Numbered from the stretch's first letter, positions 28,619 through 38,311 are shown. The stretch: 64,000 nucleotides of DNA from Bdellovibrionales bacterium (GCA_965217115.1 OZ244239.1:160001-224000), one strand, 5' to 3'. The notes: generated from the sequence alone by a model not told the origin. A program made the numbers and translations.

Positions 28619-29341
28619 GTGATTGTTTCAGGTATAGTCCTGCTTATCCTTATCATTCTTTTTTATCTAGATTTTCGCTTGCCTGCCTATAAGCGCGCAT
28701 TGTTTATGAAAAAATATAGAAATCGTAATATCGCCTATGGAATAACTTCTATCTTGGTCGTATCGACACTACAGATAATAAATCAGTATCTAGACGGAGT
28801 CATCCCAAGACTTTCTCCCCTCAGTGACTACTTCTTATTGGATTTAGTAATTTGCTTTTTACTTGCAGAGTTAATTAACTGGGTCGCACATTATATAAAG
28901 CACAAGAGTAACTTTTTTTGGAAATTTCATTTTCAACACCATATTAGCCCTAACTACACTGTATTACTAACGACCCACACTCATTTCCTAGATGTTCTTC
29001 TCATTGGTTCTTTGACGAGCGTTCTATTACAACTCATTGGCGCTTCAGAGCTGAGTATTGGTATTTATTTAAAGTTTTATTTAGTATTTAATATTTATCA
29101 ACACACTAATCGGCCTTTATCTTTAGGCTTCTTAGATAGATTTATTATCTCCCCCGCCTATCACAAATTACACCACGCCAAAGACGGTGATTGTAATTAT
29201 GGCTCTACTTTAACTGTATGGGATGTAATTTTTAATAAAGCACGCTGGCCTAAAGCAACAGATGAAGATTATGAAACGGGTATCGTTAGGGATCAAGAAC
29301 CATTTTCTTATGTTAAAGAGATGCTTTATTTTTTAAAGTAG
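28619..29341 (+). CDS. Sterol desaturase / fatty acid hydroxylase family membrane diiron enzyme
   Basis: His boxes HYIKH, FHFQHH, YQHTN and YHKLHH; NYG..LTVWD. Confidence 0.88.
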   Translation: MIVSGIVLLILIILFYLDFRLPAYKRALFMKKYRNRNIAYGITSILVVSTLQIINQYLDGVIPRLSPLSDYFLLDLVICFLLAELINWVAHYIKHKSNFFWKFHFQHHISPNYTVLLTTHTHFLDVLLIGSLTSVLLQLIGASELSIGIYLKFYLVFNIYQHTNRPLSLGFLDRFIISPAYHKLHHAKDGDCNYGSTLTVWDVIFNKARWPKATDEDYETGIVRDQEPFSYVKEMLYFLK

Positions 29342-29403
29342 GATCAATTAATTGACCCTGAGCATGGGATACTCTCCCCATTCCTTTCAAATCAGGAGAT
29401 AAA

Positions 29404-30558
29404 ATTCCAAGTTTAATTAAATTTAATGACTTTCTAAAAAAATACCCATCTATCAAGATAGCCACTCCAGAAGATAATGAGCGTCTCTTAGCTTTTTGTA
29501 GCACAAAGGATATGAGCAAAAAAGATTTAGCTATAGGCTTTGATAGGGGAAGAGACTATTTCGGTTTTTTAAAGTTCCATTCAGAAAAAACATTAGTCTT
29601 ATATATAGAGAGAGATAATAATATTCTGGGAATGGGTGCATTCATTTTTAGAGACGGCAGAATAAACTCAGAACAAGTCTCTCTTGGTTATTCTGGAGAT
29701 CTTCGAGTAAAATTTGATAGAAGGGCTGCCGTTTTATGGAGAAGGTTTTATTCAGATTTCTTAAAAAATATCCATAGGTTTGAAGAGTATAGTCATTGCA
29801 AGTATTTTTTAACTGCAATTATGAATGGTAATAATAAAGCTACACAGGCGTTAGTGAACAATGCTAGATCTTCTTACTCCTATGAACATCAAGCTGATTT
29901 TAATATGGTCAATATTTTCTTAAAAAAGCCATTTAAGAGAAGACAAAATACAGAAATGAAAGCTTTAAGAGCCAGAGATGAAGATAAAGACTTAATTATG
30001 AACTTTTTAGAGAGGGAGCATAAAAAGAAAAAATTTGGTTTCTGTTTTAACTCTAATTATAATGAATTAGAATATAGACTGAAGAACTGGGAAGGTTTCT
30101 CTATGGAAGACTTCGTAATAGTTAAAAAGAACAATCTTATCGTAGGAGTCACAGCCCCATGGTCCCCTAGCCCGCATAAAAAAATAATTCTAAAAGAGCT
30201 TAATTTCTTTCAACGGAATTTAATTAGATTTTTGGCCCTTTTTATTAATATTCCTAGAGAAGGGGAAGAGTTTTTAGTCCAGTATTTAACATTGTTAACT
30301 ATAGAAAACGATCTGCCTGTAGAGGAGAAAAAGAAGGCCTTAAATCTAATGGTCACCGATGTTTCGGAGAGAGCCGAGCATAAGAAGTATCACGCCCTCT
30401 GCTATTTAGATTTCTGCACGGAAGCACCCCTAGTTTCTGGTTTGAATGACTTTTTTCTATCGAAGATAAAATTTAATTTATACCAAGCTTCTGATAAGGA
30501 CTTCATTGCTGGTTCTGATAAAAACAAGAACATAGCCTTTGAAATAGCTTTAGCGTAA
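29404..30558 (+). CDS. GNAT-like acyltransferase (first ATG at 29512; likely N-terminus from ATT 29404)
   Basis: In-frame upstream IKIATPEDNERLL; YSGDLRV, TAIMNGNNKA and LRARDED tandem-GNAT-like segments. Confidence 0.65.
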   Translation: MPSLIKFNDFLKKYPSIKIATPEDNERLLAFCSTKDMSKKDLAIGFDRGRDYFGFLKFHSEKTLVLYIERDNNILGMGAFIFRDGRINSEQVSLGYSGDLRVKFDRRAAVLWRRFYSDFLKNIHRFEEYSHCKYFLTAIMNGNNKATQALVNNARSSYSYEHQADFNMVNIFLKKPFKRRQNTEMKALRARDEDKDLIMNFLEREHKKKKFGFCFNSNYNELEYRLKNWEGFSMEDFVIVKKNNLIVGVTAPWSPSPHKKIILKELNFFQRNLIRFLALFINIPREGEEFLVQYLTLLTIENDLPVEEKKKALNLMVTDVSERAEHKKYHALCYLDFCTEAPLVSGLNDFFLSKIKFNLYQASDKDFIAGSDKNKNIAFEIALA

Positions 30559-30769
30559 GATGTCTCTGGCGAGTCCCCCCCTCTTTGTAGAATTTGAAAT
30601 GCCGCATCAATTGAATCTTCTAGAGGCTCAAGCACAGGAGGGGCCCAGTATTCAAGTAAATTTAGACGTTGACCAAAATCTTCGATTAAAATAAATTACC
30701 CCCAGAAATGGCGTTAAAAATCATGGGGATTTGATAAAATATCTAATGATGCTGAGGGGAAGCCATAGA

Positions 30770-31777
30770 ATGACCACGACCACCTTTAATAAGGATTTCT
30801 GGTATGTTGCTCTAAGAGAGCGGGATCTAAAGAAAAAGCCTAAAGCTATTAAAATATTAGGTGTTAACCTTGTTCTCTATAGATTAGGTACTCAGATATA
30901 TGCCTTAGAAGACCTATGCCCCCATAAAAAGGCCCCTCTCTCATTAGGGAAAGTTAAAAATAATAGGCTCACCTGTGCCTATCATGGGTGGGAATTCAAT
31001 CACGTCGGCGAGTTGGTTAATATTCCAAGTCAGGAAAGGGTTTTTAAATGTAAGATAAAAAACTATCAAGTTGAGGTTCGTTCTGATCTCATCTGGATTT
31101 TTATGAATCCTAACATAACCCCAGTGGCAAACCAGAATGCTTTTGAAGTTAAGAAGGGCTATTCTTCAAATATTTTTGTGAATAAAATACGTGCATCATC
31201 AAAATTAATCCTAGAGAACGCATTTGATTGTACTCACACCTCACATTTACATGATGGCCTGTTTCGTTTGAGTAGAACTTTAAATAAAGTTAAGAGTAAA
31301 ATCCTAACAACTCCAAAGGGAATTAGTGTAGAAACCTTTGAAACCAAAAATATTAAATCTCTTTCAATGTTTCTTTTAGGGACAGGAGAAATGAAGCATA
31401 TTGATGCTTATCATGCTCCCTCTACTGTAAGGGTCGATTATTGGAAAGGCTTGTTTCATAATGTAACTGTATTACACACAACACCTATTGATGAAAATGA
31501 AACTATGGCTTTTACTCGGATGGATATAAAAGCTCCTCTAGGGCTTTCAGTTCTGTTAAACTTTTTTTTAAAAGTTCTCGTCTCCATAGTTATTAAACAA
31601 GATAAAAAAATTCTTGAGGCTCAGGCAAAATGCATTCGAGAAGATGGACTGATGAATTTTATCAGTGTTGAAGGAGACTTAGCATCAAATGTTTTCTTAA
31701 AAAAATATGATGAGATTCATCAGAAAAAGAAGAGTCGTCGTACTGAGCTTTCTAGAGAAGCTCAATTTTATATGTAG
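30770..31777 (+). CDS. Rieske non-heme iron oxygenase (VanA-like alpha subunit)
   Basis: CPH..LS..CAYHGW Rieske motif; ENAFDCTHTSHLH mononuclear Fe motif; QD..ILE.Q; start refined to ATG 30770. Confidence 0.9.
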   Translation: MTTTTFNKDFWYVALRERDLKKKPKAIKILGVNLVLYRLGTQIYALEDLCPHKKAPLSLGKVKNNRLTCAYHGWEFNHVGELVNIPSQERVFKCKIKNYQVEVRSDLIWIFMNPNITPVANQNAFEVKKGYSSNIFVNKIRASSKLILENAFDCTHTSHLHDGLFRLSRTLNKVKSKILTTPKGISVETFETKNIKSLSMFLLGTGEMKHIDAYHAPSTVRVDYWKGLFHNVTVLHTTPIDENETMAFTRMDIKAPLGLSVLLNFFLKVLVSIVIKQDKKILEAQAKCIREDGLMNFISVEGDLASNVFLKKYDEIHQKKKSRRTELSREAQFYM

Positions 31778-31805
31778 ATAGAGAGAAAAAAAGGGGGGGT
31801 AAAGC

Positions 31806-32597
31806 ATGAGTCAATCCAAAATGGTCGTTGCTGTATTCAAAGAAAATCAATTATCTGATGAGTTAAAAGAGCAGATGTGGCAGTTATATGTGGAGAACTA
31901 CAACGATGTGACTCGCCAAGAATTTGAAAAAGACTTAAAAAAGAAAAATAAGCTCTTCATTGGTTGTGATAAACATACAAAAGAATTCGCTGGGTTTAGC
32001 GCCATGGAATTCTACACCGAATATGTTAATGGCAAAAAAATCTCTGTTATTTACTCTGGTGACACGATGATTAAGAAACAGTATTGGGGACAAAAAGGGT
32101 TGCACAATAGATTCTACATAGAGGCTTTAAAGCATAAATTAACCCATCTATCCACTCCCCTATACTGGTTTATGGTATGCATGGGCTATAAAACATACTT
32201 AATCATGGCAAAGAACAGTCTTGAATATTGGCCAAATTATAATAAGAAGACGCCTGAAGATAATCTCCAAGTGTTAAATACGATTGCTGGAAATAAATTT
32301 GGCAATGCCTATGACCCTAGTTTAAATATTATTAATACAAAAGGGGTGGGCTGTACGTTGGACCCCTCTGTTGCTAGGATAACTAAAACTGTATTAGAAA
32401 TACCTGAAGTTTCATTTTTCATCAAAAGAAACCCTAAATATGCTGAAGGAGCTGAACTGGCAAATATTTCACATCTCAATCTAAAATGGTTCTTATATAT
32501 CACTTATAAACATACTTTTGGCCTTTTACTAAAGAAGCTAAAGAAAAATGTTCTTCCTAATCTTAGAAATAAAATAAAGGGGGCACAGGGTGTATGA
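31806..32597 (+). CDS. Hypothetical protein with probable GNAT-like fold
   Basis: AGFS, YSGDTMI..QYWGQKGL (acyl-CoA-binding-like motif A) and YWFM. Confidence 0.55.
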   Translation: MSQSKMVVAVFKENQLSDELKEQMWQLYVENYNDVTRQEFEKDLKKKNKLFIGCDKHTKEFAGFSAMEFYTEYVNGKKISVIYSGDTMIKKQYWGQKGLHNRFYIEALKHKLTHLSTPLYWFMVCMGYKTYLIMAKNSLEYWPNYNKKTPEDNLQVLNTIAGNKFGNAYDPSLNIINTKGVGCTLDPSVARITKTVLEIPEVSFFIKRNPKYAEGAELANISHLNLKWFLYITYKHTFGLLLKKLKKNVLPNLRNKIKGAQGV

Positions 32598-33525
32598 TTC
32601 TGCCTATGAAAAAATAATTAAAAAATCTCTGCGTTCAAGAGTTGAGACATATAAGAGTAAAATGCCCTATTATTGGGGAGCTAGTTTTTTCAACTTAGAT
32701 AAAGTAGCTGCATTTAATGAGTTAAATGAAGAAAAAAAGACAAATATCCTAAGGAATTGCTCTCAAGATATCATTGTGGAGGGAATCCATATAGAAAATA
32801 GAGGTATAGATATGGCCTCATTTATGATCCAAAAAACAACTCTTACAAATGAGAAGCATATTTATTCCTTAATAAATGCGGATGAAATTGAGCATTATTA
32901 CATACTCAAACGCTTCCTCTTTAGCGCCCCCTCTCCTGAAGATGAAAACCCTTTTATCTCCTTGATGAAAGAGTGCATCAACTCCGCCGACAGTTACCGC
33001 ATAGTCTTTTTTCTCCAAGTTATTTTAGAGGGTTGGGGCATGACTTATTATAACGGTCTTATGAAAGCCTGCCTAGAGCCAAATTTACAGAAGAGTCTTA
33101 GCCGTATCCTACTTGACGAGTCATCCCATCACAGCGTAGGGCTTATTCATTACAAAAACCATCAAGGACAGACAAGGGCCCAACTCAATAAAATGATGGA
33201 TATCTTGGCTGCTCTGCTCGGGATGCTAAGAGCCGGTCCCCAGAGAATCATTGGATGTATTGAGAGAGAAACGGAAGGGTTGACACTTTCTGGGAAAAGA
33301 AAAATTTTCGAAGAAATCAAAGCTCAGCAAGCTGCCCAAAGGCAATTGGATGCTGTGAAAACTCTATTAAGGCATGATCTGTCCAATGAGCTTGTGGATA
33401 GATTAGATAAGCTTAATCTCTTTACTGCCATGACCTCCAAAGAATATACTATGAACCTTCAAAAACATTCTACCACTCCTCAAGAATACACTATGAATTC
33501 CAGAGAACATGCCATGGAACTTTAA
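32590..33525 (+). CDS. Ferritin-like diiron protein (oxygenase/desaturase-like)
   Basis: Two DExxH motifs (DEIEH, DESSH) with upstream Glu-bearing helices (HIENRG, VILEGWG). Confidence 0.8.
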   Translation: MYDSAYEKIIKKSLRSRVETYKSKMPYYWGASFFNLDKVAAFNELNEEKKTNILRNCSQDIIVEGIHIENRGIDMASFMIQKTTLTNEKHIYSLINADEIEHYYILKRFLFSAPSPEDENPFISLMKECINSADSYRIVFFLQVILEGWGMTYYNGLMKACLEPNLQKSLSRILLDESSHHSVGLIHYKNHQGQTRAQLNKMMDILAALLGMLRAGPQRIIGCIERETEGLTLSGKRKIFEEIKAQQAAQRQLDAVKTLLRHDLSNELVDRLDKLNLFTAMTSKEYTMNLQKHSTTPQEYTMNSREHAMEL

Positions 33526-33527
33526 TC

Positions 33528-34160
33528 ATGACCTTTCTGGCTAGAATCGTCCCTTTCTTTCCCGTGTTCCTATATATTCTTCTCTTGGGGGAGTTTGTTT
33601 TTACTATTAATGTTGATCCCCTACTTGGCATCACCCTTATTTTATTTACTCTCTACCTATTACCTATACTCATATTTCGAATACATAATATTTTTTATCC
33701 CATTAAATCCGAAGTCATTGATTTAAATATAGGCAAATATATTCCTTGGTGGGGCAGTTATTACTTTCAGAGGATTTATTTTGATATTCCTGTGTTGGAA
33801 TCGATTTTAAAATCTTTCCCTGGATTATATAGTTTCTGGTTACGGCTATGGGGAAGTAAAATTGGTAAAAATATTCACTGGACCCCTAAAGGCACGATCA
33901 CTGATCGTTTTTTACTAGAAATTGGGAATAATGTGGTCTTCGGTTATGAAACGATCCTGACCCCCCATTTCATCACCCCAATCAACGGGATTCAGAGTTT
34001 ACTCTTAGAAAAAATAAAAATAGGCTCAGACAGTTTCATTGGTGGATATAGTGTAATTGCTCCGGGATGCGTAATTCCTGAGAAAAGTTTTCTTCCTTTT
34101 GAGAGTCGTTTAAAAATACGAACTAATTGGGTGAACAGAGATGATAAAGCTAACCCTTAG
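33528..34160 (+). CDS. Membrane-anchored left-handed beta-helix acyltransferase
   Basis: WLRLWGSKIGKNI, LEIGNNVVFG and IKIGSDSFIGG hexapeptide repeats. Confidence 0.8.
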   Translation: MTFLARIVPFFPVFLYILLLGEFVFTINVDPLLGITLILFTLYLLPILIFRIHNIFYPIKSEVIDLNIGKYIPWWGSYYFQRIYFDIPVLESILKSFPGLYSFWLRLWGSKIGKNIHWTPKGTITDRFLLEIGNNVVFGYETILTPHFITPINGIQSLLLEKIKIGSDSFIGGYSVIAPGCVIPEKSFLPFESRLKIRTNWVNRDDKANP

Positions 34161-35589
34161 AATTCTATCTTATTTCCCATATAAAATGTTCGAAAAAGGA
34201 TTGAAAGACCCTGGAATAGCTCAACAAGATATTTTGAAACGAGTTATCTGTGAAGTCACGAAAATAGATCATTACAGACAATATGGTGATATTTCTACCT
34301 GCAACTTTAAAGAAAAAATCCCCATTAGTGATTACGAAGATATACAGCTATCTGTCAAAAAATCTTTAAATGGAAAAAACAATGCCATCGTTTTTGGGAA
34401 AGTGAAACTCTTTGAAAAAACATCTGGTTCTAGCGGTGGATCGAAATACATCCCCTACACAAACAAAGCCTTAATCGATTTTTACCAAACTACTCTTATT
34501 TGGATTTATGACATCATTACTCATCATAAATCATTAAAAACCTTTAAAATGTTCCTTAGTATCTCCCCTTCTTTTCAGGAAAAAGAAGAGAATGTCAGTC
34601 TAGAAAATGATGATGAGTATTTTCCCTATTTGTTTAGAAAGCTTCTGAGTAGAATACTCCTGATTCCTAAAAATTTGAAACAAATTAAAACCCCAGAAGA
34701 GTATGATCGGAATCTCTTATCATTCCTCGTAGAACAGAAAGACTTAGAAATTATCTCAATTTGGAGCCCCAGTTATTTACTCGTGTATCTAGAAAAACTA
34801 GAAGCCGATTATTCAGATTTGAGACATAGAGCCAAGAGAGAGCTCCCCGAAAAATTAGATCTCAATCTCCTCTGGCCTCATTTAAAATTCATCAGTGTAT
34901 GGGGGGATGACGTGGCAGAGGAAGGGTTTCAAAAGATTAAGGAGATTTTTCCAAAAATCCAAATCCAGAAAAAAGGACTCCTCTCTACGGAGTTTCCAGT
35001 GACAATACCTCTTCTTAAGAATCCAAAGGGGCATTATCCATTACTACAACTTGTCTATTTTGAATTCATAAAGGATGGACACTCCCACTCTTTATTGGAA
35101 GTTAAAAAGAACGGGATCTATACACTCGTATTGTCCAAACCAGGTGGATTTATTCGATACAATACTCACGATCGAGTCAAAATTATTGATTTCGATGGAA
35201 GAGTGCCTATCCTAGAATTTGTTGGTCGAGACGGGATTGTCAGTGATCTTGTTGGTGAAAAGTTAAATGCCACCTTTGTCGAAGAGACTCTTAAACTATT
35301 ACTTAGAGATCAAGCCTATCTAATGGCCTGCTATGAGGGGGATGAGTATTTTTACACCCTATTTGCTAATCAGGAAACCAATCTAAGTCAATTAGAACAG
35401 AAACTCTGTCAAAATGTTCATTACAACTATGCAAGAAAAATCGGTCAGTTAAAAGATCTTAAGCAAGTTGTGTGTAAATCTCCAAACATTGAGTACATAG
35501 AGACAAAAAGAAAGAATGGCATGAAGTTAGGAGATATAAAATTCTCCTACCTCATGAAATTAGAACAGAAACTAGAGGAAACCGTATAA
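34141..35589 (+). CDS. GH3-family acyl-acid amido ligase
   Basis: IPISDYED, TSGSSGGSKYIPYT P-loop, STE, YFEFI, RY..HD.V and F.GR...SDLVGEKL motifs. Confidence 0.88.
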   Translation: MIKLTLRILSYFPYKMFEKGLKDPGIAQQDILKRVICEVTKIDHYRQYGDISTCNFKEKIPISDYEDIQLSVKKSLNGKNNAIVFGKVKLFEKTSGSSGGSKYIPYTNKALIDFYQTTLIWIYDIITHHKSLKTFKMFLSISPSFQEKEENVSLENDDEYFPYLFRKLLSRILLIPKNLKQIKTPEEYDRNLLSFLVEQKDLEIISIWSPSYLLVYLEKLEADYSDLRHRAKRELPEKLDLNLLWPHLKFISVWGDDVAEEGFQKIKEIFPKIQIQKKGLLSTEFPVTIPLLKNPKGHYPLLQLVYFEFIKDGHSHSLLEVKKNGIYTLVLSKPGGFIRYNTHDRVKIIDFDGRVPILEFVGRDGIVSDLVGEKLNATFVEETLKLLLRDQAYLMACYEGDEYFYTLFANQETNLSQLEQKLCQNVHYNYARKIGQLKDLKQVVCKSPNIEYIETKRKNGMKLGDIKFSYLMKLEQKLEETV

Positions 35590-35693
35590 TCGATGCCTGA
35601 GAGTTCTTGAGGTGTCTAACCCCTTGCGTAGATTGTCAGTTTAGAGTTTTAAAAAAAATTCTTTATGCCAAACAATAGTGGAGCCAGTTTTTT

Positions 35694-35833
35694 TCTAGAG
35701 TCTCTCCCAAAAGAATCTAGCCCTTTTCTTGCTCAAACATCCGTTTGTCACCTCCCATTGCAGAGAAATGCAATGGAAGTCGCCAAGCCAAACTCGCCGA
35801 AAAGAACTGGATTCTTTTGGGAGAGACTCTAGA
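35694..35833. mobile_element. 140-bp long-hairpin element, copy 2
   Basis: Two substitutions relative to copy 1; flanked by T and A runs. Confidence 0.8.
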
Positions 35834-35935
35834 AAAAAATGCCATATTCAATCAATCAGTCAATATGAACAAAAAGCACAGATTTTTAAACAAAAAAGAG
35901 GAGACCAAATGGCCATCCTCTTAATCCTGTTGATT

Positions 35936-36532
35936 TTACTTGGGGCACTCTATCAGTTCAGTATCTACATGCATCGATGAAATAGAAAAAGTCTCAGGGT
36001 TATAAGTTCCGCTGAAATAAGTCGTATAACAGGTTTTCGCTTCTTCATCATATCCCACTGCCCCTTGCCTAACTGCTGAGAGTAAGCTGAGAATACTCTC
36101 TGTACCAGAAGCGACACTTGCCAAAACACCTGAATCACTTGTCTCTCGCTCTAATATCCCACTGGGAACACTGTACTTACGCTCGGCACCCCAAACCGTT
36201 GTTTCAACCCATATCTGAGTTGAACCTAAATACCTTAAAGAAAGTGATCTTCCCACTGGTACGGTTATAGTGTATTTTGCAACTTGAGCCACGAAGAGAC
36301 AACGAGCGCAGGTTCCTTTGTCCAAATAGAGATTTTCCCCAATCTTAGTGGCATTGATCTCTTTAATCTCTAAAGAAGTCACGCTCACCTTAGGTTCGCC
36401 CATTAATGGGTGATTCCTAGTATCAAATTTAACTGAGAGTGTACTCGACCCTGAATCATCAGAACTCTGTCCCTGTGCAAAGCCTGAAAATGAGATTATT
36501 AAAAATACCATTCCAATAATTAGCTTCTTCAT
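35936..36532 (-). CDS. Hypothetical secreted protein, paralog A
   Basis: Signal peptide, CxxC; extended -10 TGGTATAAT at 36573-36581. Confidence 0.8.
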   Translation of the reverse strand: MKKLIIGMVFLIISFSGFAQGQSSDDSGSSTLSVKFDTRNHPLMGEPKVSVTSLEIKEINATKIGENLYLDKGTCARCLFVAQVAKYTITVPVGRSLSLRYLGSTQIWVETTVWGAERKYSVPSGILERETSDSGVLASVASGTESILSLLSAVRQGAVGYDEEAKTCYTTYFSGTYNPETFSISSMHVDTELIECPK

Positions 36533-36818
36533 TCAATTCTCCCATGTTTACAGTTTATTTACTAAGTCTTGCATTATACCACAGACCCCATAAATAAGCG
36601 AGGGAGTCCCCCATCCATAGCCAATGACAGAGTAATATTTACAAATTTAAAAATACCTTAGAATCGAGTCACTAGGAGATATAAAATCCTCCTATCCCAT
36701 GAAATTAGAACAGAAACTATAGGAAAACGTATAAATAAAAGGGACAGATTTTTAAACAAAAAAGAGGAGACCAAATGGCCATCCTCCTAATCCTGTTGAT
36801 TTTACTTGGGGCACCCTA

Positions 36819-37484
36819 TCAGTTCACTATATCGGGGCACTTTATCAGTTCACGATATGAATTCATCGATGAAATAAGAAGAGTTTCAGGGTTATAAGTT
36901 CCTCTGAGATAAGTCGTATAACACACGTTAGCATAAGTCGTAGAACACGTTTTAGTTTTTTTAGAACACGTTTTAGTTTTTTCACTCTGTGTCACTGTCA
37001 CTTCCCCTCGCCTAACTGCTGAGACTAAGCCGAGAACTCTCCTTGCACTAGAAGCGACTTTTCTCAAAACATATGAATCACTTGTATCTCGCTCTAATAT
37101 CCCACTGGGAACACTGTACTCACGTTCGGTCTTAGCTGTTTTCTCATGCCATATAAAAGTTAAACCTAAATGCCTTAAAGAAAGTGATTCTTCCAATGGT
37201 ATGATTACAGTGTATTTTACAGCTTGATGCAGCATGAAGATACACCAATGGCAGTTTTCTCTTCCTTTATCGAGATAGAGATTTTCTCCAATTTTAGTGC
37301 CACTTTCTTTCAGTCTAATCTCTAAAGAAGTCACGTTCACCTTAGCTGCACCCATTAATGGGTAATCCCTAGTATCAAATTCAACTAAGAGTGTATTCGA
37401 CCCTGAATCATCAGAGCTTTGCTCTTGTGCAAAGCCTGAAAATGACATTATTAAAAGTGCCATTCCAATAATTAGTTTCTTCAT
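36819..37484 (-). CDS. Hypothetical secreted protein, paralog B
   Basis: Paralog of 35936-36532; internal 21-bp duplication at 36941-36982; extended -10 at 37525-37533. Confidence 0.8.
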   Translation of the reverse strand: MKKLIIGMALLIMSFSGFAQEQSSDDSGSNTLLVEFDTRDYPLMGAAKVNVTSLEIRLKESGTKIGENLYLDKGRENCHWCIFMLHQAVKYTVIIPLEESLSLRHLGLTFIWHEKTAKTEREYSVPSGILERDTSDSYVLRKVASSARRVLGLVSAVRRGEVTVTQSEKTKTCSKKTKTCSTTYANVCYTTYLRGTYNPETLLISSMNSYRELIKCPDIVN

Positions 37485-37606
37485 TCAACTCTCCCATGTT
37501 TACAGTTTATTTACTAAGTCTCGCATTATACCAGAGACCCCATAAATAAGCGAGGGAATCCCATCCATAGGCAATGACGGAGTAATATTTACAAATTTAA
37601 AACGTC

Positions 37607-38311
37607 TTAGGATCGAGTCACTAGGTCAGATTTCACTTTATCAAAAACATCTCTTACAGCAGTGCCTGTGATCGTTGAACCGTGCATTGGAGCGATTGTT
37701 TTGAAATTGAGGGCATCAAGCTTTTCCAAGGACTTATTTGAAGATGCTCCATAGGGAATAAAGCCTCCTTTGGTGTAAAAATCTATTATTGAGTCTGAAA
37801 TATCTCTTTCCACAACCGGGTCACAAATACCACCCTGGCAACAAAAGTCAGAGCTGAATAAAATTTGATTTTTCTCTTCAAACCACATATGAGCATCCCA
37901 ATTATGGGGAAAATGGGGCGTCTCAACCATCTTGAGTCTCATATCACCAATGTCTATGGCTTCACCATCTTGAATTACCTCTGCAGGTCGAATGAGCGTA
38001 TCATCTAAACTGATATTGGCGATTTTGTTACACACAACCTTAGCTTCTGGAAATCTCTGTAACCATTTATTTGCAGCACCACTCTCATCAGCTTCAACAT
38101 GTGAAAAAACGATATATTTCAGAGATCTGCCAGCAAGTGAATTTAGAACAAGTTCCTCAAGGGGCTCAAACAAGGAAGACTTTCCGGCATGAACTAGAGC
38201 CGGGCTATCATCATTAAGCAGAAATTGAGCAAATTCAAAATGGGAACTCGGCGCGAGTGATAAACGAAAAACCTTGGGTGCAATCTCTACAGTTGAAGAG
38301 TACAAACCCAT
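37607..38311 (-). CDS. MBL-fold metalloprotein (flavodiiron N-terminal-like)
   Basis: SHVEADE, TPHFPHNWD, LFSSDF and APMHG motifs. Confidence 0.82.
   Translation of the reverse strand: MGLYSSTVEIAPKVFRLSLAPSSHFEFAQFLLNDDSPALVHAGKSSLFEPLEELVLNSLAGRSLKYIVFSHVEADESGAANKWLQRFPEAKVVCNKIANISLDDTLIRPAEVIQDGEAIDIGDMRLKMVETPHFPHNWDAHMWFEEKNQILFSSDFCCQGGICDPVVERDISDSIIDFYTKGGFIPYGASSNKSLEKLDALNFKTIAPMHGSTITGTAVRDVFDKVKSDLVTRS

Larger units (their letters stand above)
35528..37625. repeat. Tandem duplication (unit A 35528-36672, unit B 36673-37625)
   Basis: At 36673 the 3' tip of the MBL gene is joined via TAGG to a second copy of the GH3 3' end; intergenic sequences and genes are duplicated. Confidence 0.9.

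Noticed and set aside
31786..31799. A7-G7 tract before the 31806 gene as a phase-variation switch
   Set aside because: G7 is short and simply serves as the ribosome-binding region; no evidence of length variation.
35936..37484. Paralog pair as a DGR template/variable repeat
   Set aside because: Differences I inspected are not adenine-restricted and include indels; both copies are full genes; no reverse transcriptase is present.
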